From Nitrospirales bacterium (GTDB taxonomy: Bacteria; Nitrospirota; Nitrospiria; Nitrospirales; UBA8639): a stretch of 64,000 bases of DNA. The stretch is from NCBI GenBank assembly GCA_965203295.1, contig CBDBCZ010000012.1, forward strand, positions 480,001 through 544,000, read 5' to 3'. Positions 59,532-64,000 of the stretch are shown here, in pieces; the first letter of the stretch is position 1, and each line of letters opens with the position of its first letter. The notes under the pieces were generated by a model. That model was not told where the DNA came from. It did no database searches and worked only from the letters and a program-made list of their open reading frames with translations. The position numbers were made by a program, and so were the translations under genes.

Positions 59532-61558
59532 GTATAGGTTATACGATGAGGAGGAGGTAACTACGGGATTTATACACCTCGTGCCTTCGGCACTCGGTGT
59601 ATAAATCCCGTAGTTACCGACCCGAGGCGTATAACTGGCTTGTACCGTGGCATAGCAACCGCGTACTGCGTAGCGACGTAGGAACTCATTTTAGTTTTAG
59701 CTTGGCTTTATAGATGGCGCTTTCAGAAGACCTCGATTCTCTCTGTACTCAACAGTTGTTTAGAGCGGCAGAATCCTTGAAACTCGACGAGTTTGACTGC
59801 ATACTATCGCAGACTAGCGATGTTGAACTGTCCGCACTCTGTACTCCAGGCCCCTCCCTCAGCGCGCGTACCGGTACCGACCCAAGCCGGCTACTCGAGC
59901 CCCACCCCCAGTATCAGTTGCTCAGCTCCACCCACCAGGAGAGCTCGATAGCTGTTTCGAGCAACCGGTTTACAGCTCCCACAACTGATGCTGATGTGCA
60001 GGCAGTACAGTCCAGTGCTGTTCCAAAAAACACCAGCAAGTCCACCAGTTGGGCTGTCAATATTTGGAAGGAGTGGACTGCTCACAGAAGAACGGTATGC
60101 CACCCTCTTGACTGCCCCCCACACCTTCTGCTGTGTCAGCCAGACGAGCTAAACCAGTGGTTGAGCAAGTTTGTACTGGAGGTTCGACGAAAAGATGGAC
60201 AGCTATACCCACCTCAGACACTATATTCACTCTGCTGCGGTCTTTTGAGGTATGTGCGTGAGATCAAACCGGACATCAACTTCTTCAAAGATGCACAATT
60301 TTCTGGCTTTCAGCGAACTCTAGATGGCTTAATGAAACAGTTACGTTCATGCGGTCTTGGCAGCAAGAAACGACAAGCAGAGCCAATCACCATCAATGAA
60401 GAAGCTATCCTATGGGAGCAGGGTCTTCTTGGAAGCCTTTCACCTCAAGTACTTTTAGATACGATGGTATTCCTCTGTGGAATGTACTTTGCTCTCCGAA
60501 GTGGGCAAGAGCACCGTGACCTCCAGTTCAATCAGATTGAGCTCATCGAACCACCAGATGACTCACCTCCCTACCTGGTATATACTGAAAATATCTCCAA
60601 GAATAACACAGGTATTGTATTGCTTATATATTTTCTTGTCCGTGTGTTTAGCTCTATTTATTGCTTGTATTACCTTGTGTTGACACAGGAGGTATGGCAC
60701 AAAGGAAGCTGCAGCCGAAGCAGGTGATGCACCATTCCAACATCAGCAATCCATCTCGTTGCTTTGTCCAACTCTTCCAGAAGTATCTCCACCACTGTCC
60801 CAAGGAACGAAAAACGAATTGTTTCTACCTCACACCGCTGAAAAAGACCAAAGGTGATGTCTAGTATTCAAATATGCCAGTTGGCCACAATACCCTCTCT
60901 AAGACGGTGAAACGTCTGTGTGCATCTGCAGGCATATCGGGCTTCAAAACCAATCACTCCCTTCGAGTAACAAACGCTACCCGACTATTTCAAAGTGGTG
61001 TGGATGAGCAGCTTATAATGACTCGAACTGGACACAGAAGCATTGAAGGAGTTCGAACGTACAAAAGAGTTTCGGATGAGCAAAAACAAGCACTATCTGA
61101 GGTCCTCAATTCAGCCACAAATGGGGTAGGCCAAGAGTCATATGCAAAGAAACCACGGATAGAATTTGAGAAATCTGTTGGTGTTTCTGTTGCCAGTGGC
61201 CGGGCTGTGTGCAGTTCACAGACCATGCTACCACCTATGCACTTTTCTGGCTGTACTCAGATCACCATAAACTGCACTCCCTATACTGCACCTCAGTAAT
61301 GACTCGACCGCTTCCATTATCTATGTACCTGTACACTTACTGGTTAACCATTGTTTTTGACTATATAACATTGTACACATTTCTGAACATTGTATCATAG
61401 CAAATCCAAAATGTCCCTGAGGAAAAAATTACATTGTATTTACTAGCCTAAGGGCGGGGTGTATAAGTACTTATACACCTCTCAAGGAGGTGTATAAGTG
61501 ATTTATTGACCTGTGAGCAGTGAATGTGATTGGTCAGATTCGAACAACCATGGTACAA
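59532..61558 (+). mobile_element. Crypton (CryptonA-like) tyrosine-recombinase DNA transposon, 2027 bp
   Basis: Present in unit B and absent from unit A (empty site gcagcctcaatgggcggtt at 51705-51723). Encodes a DUF3504-type tyrosine recombinase. No conventional TIRs or TSD. Confidence 0.88.
59714..61299 (+). pseudogene. DUF3504 tyrosine recombinase (ZMYM/KCTD1/QRICH1-related), 2 exons, ~502 codons, one premature stop
   Basis: Exon 59714-60611, intron 60612-60688 (gt..ag), exon 60689-61299. Motifs FVLEVRRKDGQLYPP, FALRSGQEH (R), SKNN (K), TNHSLR (HxxR), TGHRS (H), VRTYKR (Y). TAG at 60862-60864 sits where family members have W(Y/F)S. Confidence 0.88.
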
Positions 61559-64000
61559 TGGGCGGTTACTTTTACATGGGCGGGTATAATCACAGATCGG
61601 TTATTTTTGCTTATCCCACATTGCATCATCTCTAATAAATTTCATTGGATGAGAGCAGTAGGATATATAGGCGCATATCCTACAGTTCTGTACTTCCTTA
61701 GTTACATATTAGTAACATAACCTCAAGCTACTTCACGATAGTTACGCACATGCGCAGTAGTGGGATAAGTCAGATAGAGCACGCCCCAGCAGAGGATATG
61801 TGCCCAAAATATCCTCTTTGGATACGGTTTTATCCCTCGGCTGCGCCTCAGGTAAAACCGCATCCGCGGAGGATATATAGGCGCATATCCTCCGCTGTGA
61901 TGTGGCCTATCCTATACAAAGCAACCGTTAATAGCATGGTAGATCTACAGAAATATCGTTGAGATCAGCCTGGTAGATGTGGTGTCCCTTGAGGTAGGAA
62001 GCCTTCAGGCAGGTAAACTGAACGAGCTCCTTAGCGTTACCTTAGCTACCGTAGCTTAGTCTCGTTCCCAGAACCCTCCACTAACCGTAGCTAGGGTTTT
62101 CTCGCTACGACTAACGCCAACTTCTTGGTTTTCACAGTCTGATTCTCGTCGCTATTCTGTATGGTCGTGTTCTACGTATTAGCTGCATGCTCTGCTTGCT
62201 ATAGACATTCACACGTGCAAACACTATTAATTTTACAGATTCAATTTCCTGCCTGGGCTGCACGTGCAAATTATGGGCGGTTATGTTCATAGAAGGTTTT
62301 ACACAGGAGTAAACTGTTGTTGCAGTAAATAGATCATGTTATACTAGAGGGGCGGTTTTTTACAGTACTCTCTATATATGCATAGAAACTTTAATTTTCA
62401 CCCCTACCTCTAGCTTAGCTAGTAGCTGGCATGAGTAAGCTTCCATGCTGGCCGTGTGAATTAGACGCACAAAACGTATTCCTTGCTTGGATGGCTACCA
62501 GTGTGCAATGAGTAAGTGATATACGTGTGTGTATAATTATCTGGTTGCTATGCGTATAGTTCCCATGCAGACATTGTGAAACTGAAGTGATTTGCATGGT
62601 TTGCTCCGATTTTGCTCTCCCTCACTCTGACTCATGCACTTGCTGGCTCACTACCATGACTACATACCTCCAGTGTGGTATTATTATACACGGCAGCTGT
62701 GAATGACAATATATGATACAGGGGCGTGGGAAGCAGAAATAGAGTGGTCTGGCCATAGAAGCTTGCCCGTATTACTCTGAAAGATAGGAAGCACTCTCAA
62801 AATTTTGTTGTATTCACATATTAGTGAACCGTGGCAGCAGAGTAGATTGGAATGTAGATATCTGCCACCTGTTGAGGAAAGTGGAGTTAGAAGCTACAGA
62901 GTTTAAGTATTTATGAATGCAAGAACAGTTCTTAGCTGGTTCTAGCTGGGATACAAGATAGTCCTTACCTTTAACCTACTGAGAAAAATTAATACGTATA
63001 AGGTTATATAACGAGGGAGGCAGCTACCACGTCTTTGTCAACTTTGGACAGCTTTTTAGAGAAGTGAATACAAAGCCATTGCACACGTGGCATGTACCTG
63101 TGCATGCGTATTAAATATGTGAGTGTGTCCCGTTGAAAAAAGTCGTGTGGCTCATCAGATGACAGTGGCAAGTAAGCAGCTTGTGGAAGAAGCATACATA
63201 ATTATAGCTTCTTGGAAACTCATCACTCTAGTCATGCAGTTGTCTTCCTGGTGATGCTATCCTTGTTCTTGCTTGTGTTGCTGCTTGGGTACAATGAGTG
63301 CCACTTTGGGTGGTTCATGCGCTCCTGGTAAACTGAATTGGATTGACTACATGTACTGTATTCAAGCAGTGTGGGGTATGTTTTTTTTTCTGAAGACCTC
63401 TAGTTTGTGTAGTGATGTTCTTCCGTCTTGACCTCGATACTTATAGGCTCACTTGCTTGCAATGTATAATTGCATTGAAAACTGCTGCGTTTATACTAAC
63501 CCCACCCTTAGCAGAAGTTCAGACTTTGAAACATGCGATGGAGTAATCTACATGGCACTGTCACATATGGCAGTGTTTGGGTGTATGTGCACTTAGTGAT
63601 CCTCCATGTCCTGACGTGCCCAAACTCACGAGGGTGCACTGTCTTTCAAAAGATTGAACAGATGTGTGTAGATGCCGAGCTAGTCTGCTAATTAGGGCAG
63701 TTTGCAATGAAGGGTGAGCAGAACAGAGGCAGAAGAGGAAGTTGATGTGGGGGAATTGGTACTCTTTGAGTGGGTGGCATAGAGAGACTAGTGTTACTAA
63801 GAACCACAAGATGTATGTAAATGTATACAGAATGATGGGTGTTTGGGTAGCAGGTTATCATTAAGGGGGGGGGGGTCCACTGTATGTTATGCTGGGATGG
63901 CTGGGTACTATATCTTTATTCTATTATTACTCAAGATCCAAGAAATTGTGATTCTAGGAATTTATTATGAATCTAATCTAGGCAAGTCTATCACTAATTA

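Larger units (their letters stand above)
45723..64000. repeat. Tandem segmental array: unit A 45723-53987, unit B 53988-63860, unit C 63861->end
   Basis: Colinear near-identical blocks (e.g. ORF pairs 47186/55456, 50671/58493, 53132/63004, 53688/63561). The junction ttaaggggggggggtccactgtatgttatgctgggatggctgggtacta is seen at 53988 and 63861. Confidence 0.95.

Noticed and set aside
59714..61299. Domesticated host gene (ZMYM/KCTD1/QRICH1) or programmed stop readthrough
   Set aside because: An empty paralogous site exists and the catalytic residues are retained, pointing to a transposon. The TAG sits at a conserved Trp codon and is most simply a point mutation.

Overview
Intron-rich animal genomic DNA. 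The short 'tagcctcgttcccagg' MITEs and the Kelch/ZU5/death-domain gene type suggest a demosponge (inference). Exons were read by eye from GT-AG junctions with phase checks. Genes: (1) 3' half of an MRCK/CDC42BP-type kinase gene (CNH + CRIB, + strand, <1-11516); (2) a 5-exon cyclin D gene (14001-18013); (3) a 15-exon secreted PqaA/AprA-type alpha/beta-hydrolase gene on the - strand (20513-29242, 483 aa); (4) a Kelch pseudogene followed by an intact 10-exon Kelch/coiled-coil/ZU5-UPA/death-domain gene (35790-42722, 1115 aa) with a PIDD-like HF|S autoproteolysis motif. From ~45.7 kb to the window end lies a tandem array of ~8.3-kb units, each with a symmetric BC-box exon. The second unit carries a 2-kb Crypton-type (DUF3504) tyrosine-recombinase element that the first unit lacks, so filled and empty sites can be compared directly. 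The most notable signal is that this element and three unrelated non-coding elements share one layout: A...A'-(5 nt)-B'...B. An internal inverted copy of the joined ends sits next to a hairpin capped by a cGNAg triloop (mutated in one family), and the insertion brought a foreign 7-nt spacer rather than a normal TSD. This suggests an attC/CTX-attP-like folded single-strand tyrosine-recombinase transposition mechanism (hypothesis). Also present are Penelope-type hammerhead remnants, Helentron-like elements, many MITEs, minisatellites, and a short repeat family whose internal segment differs completely between near-identical duplicates.
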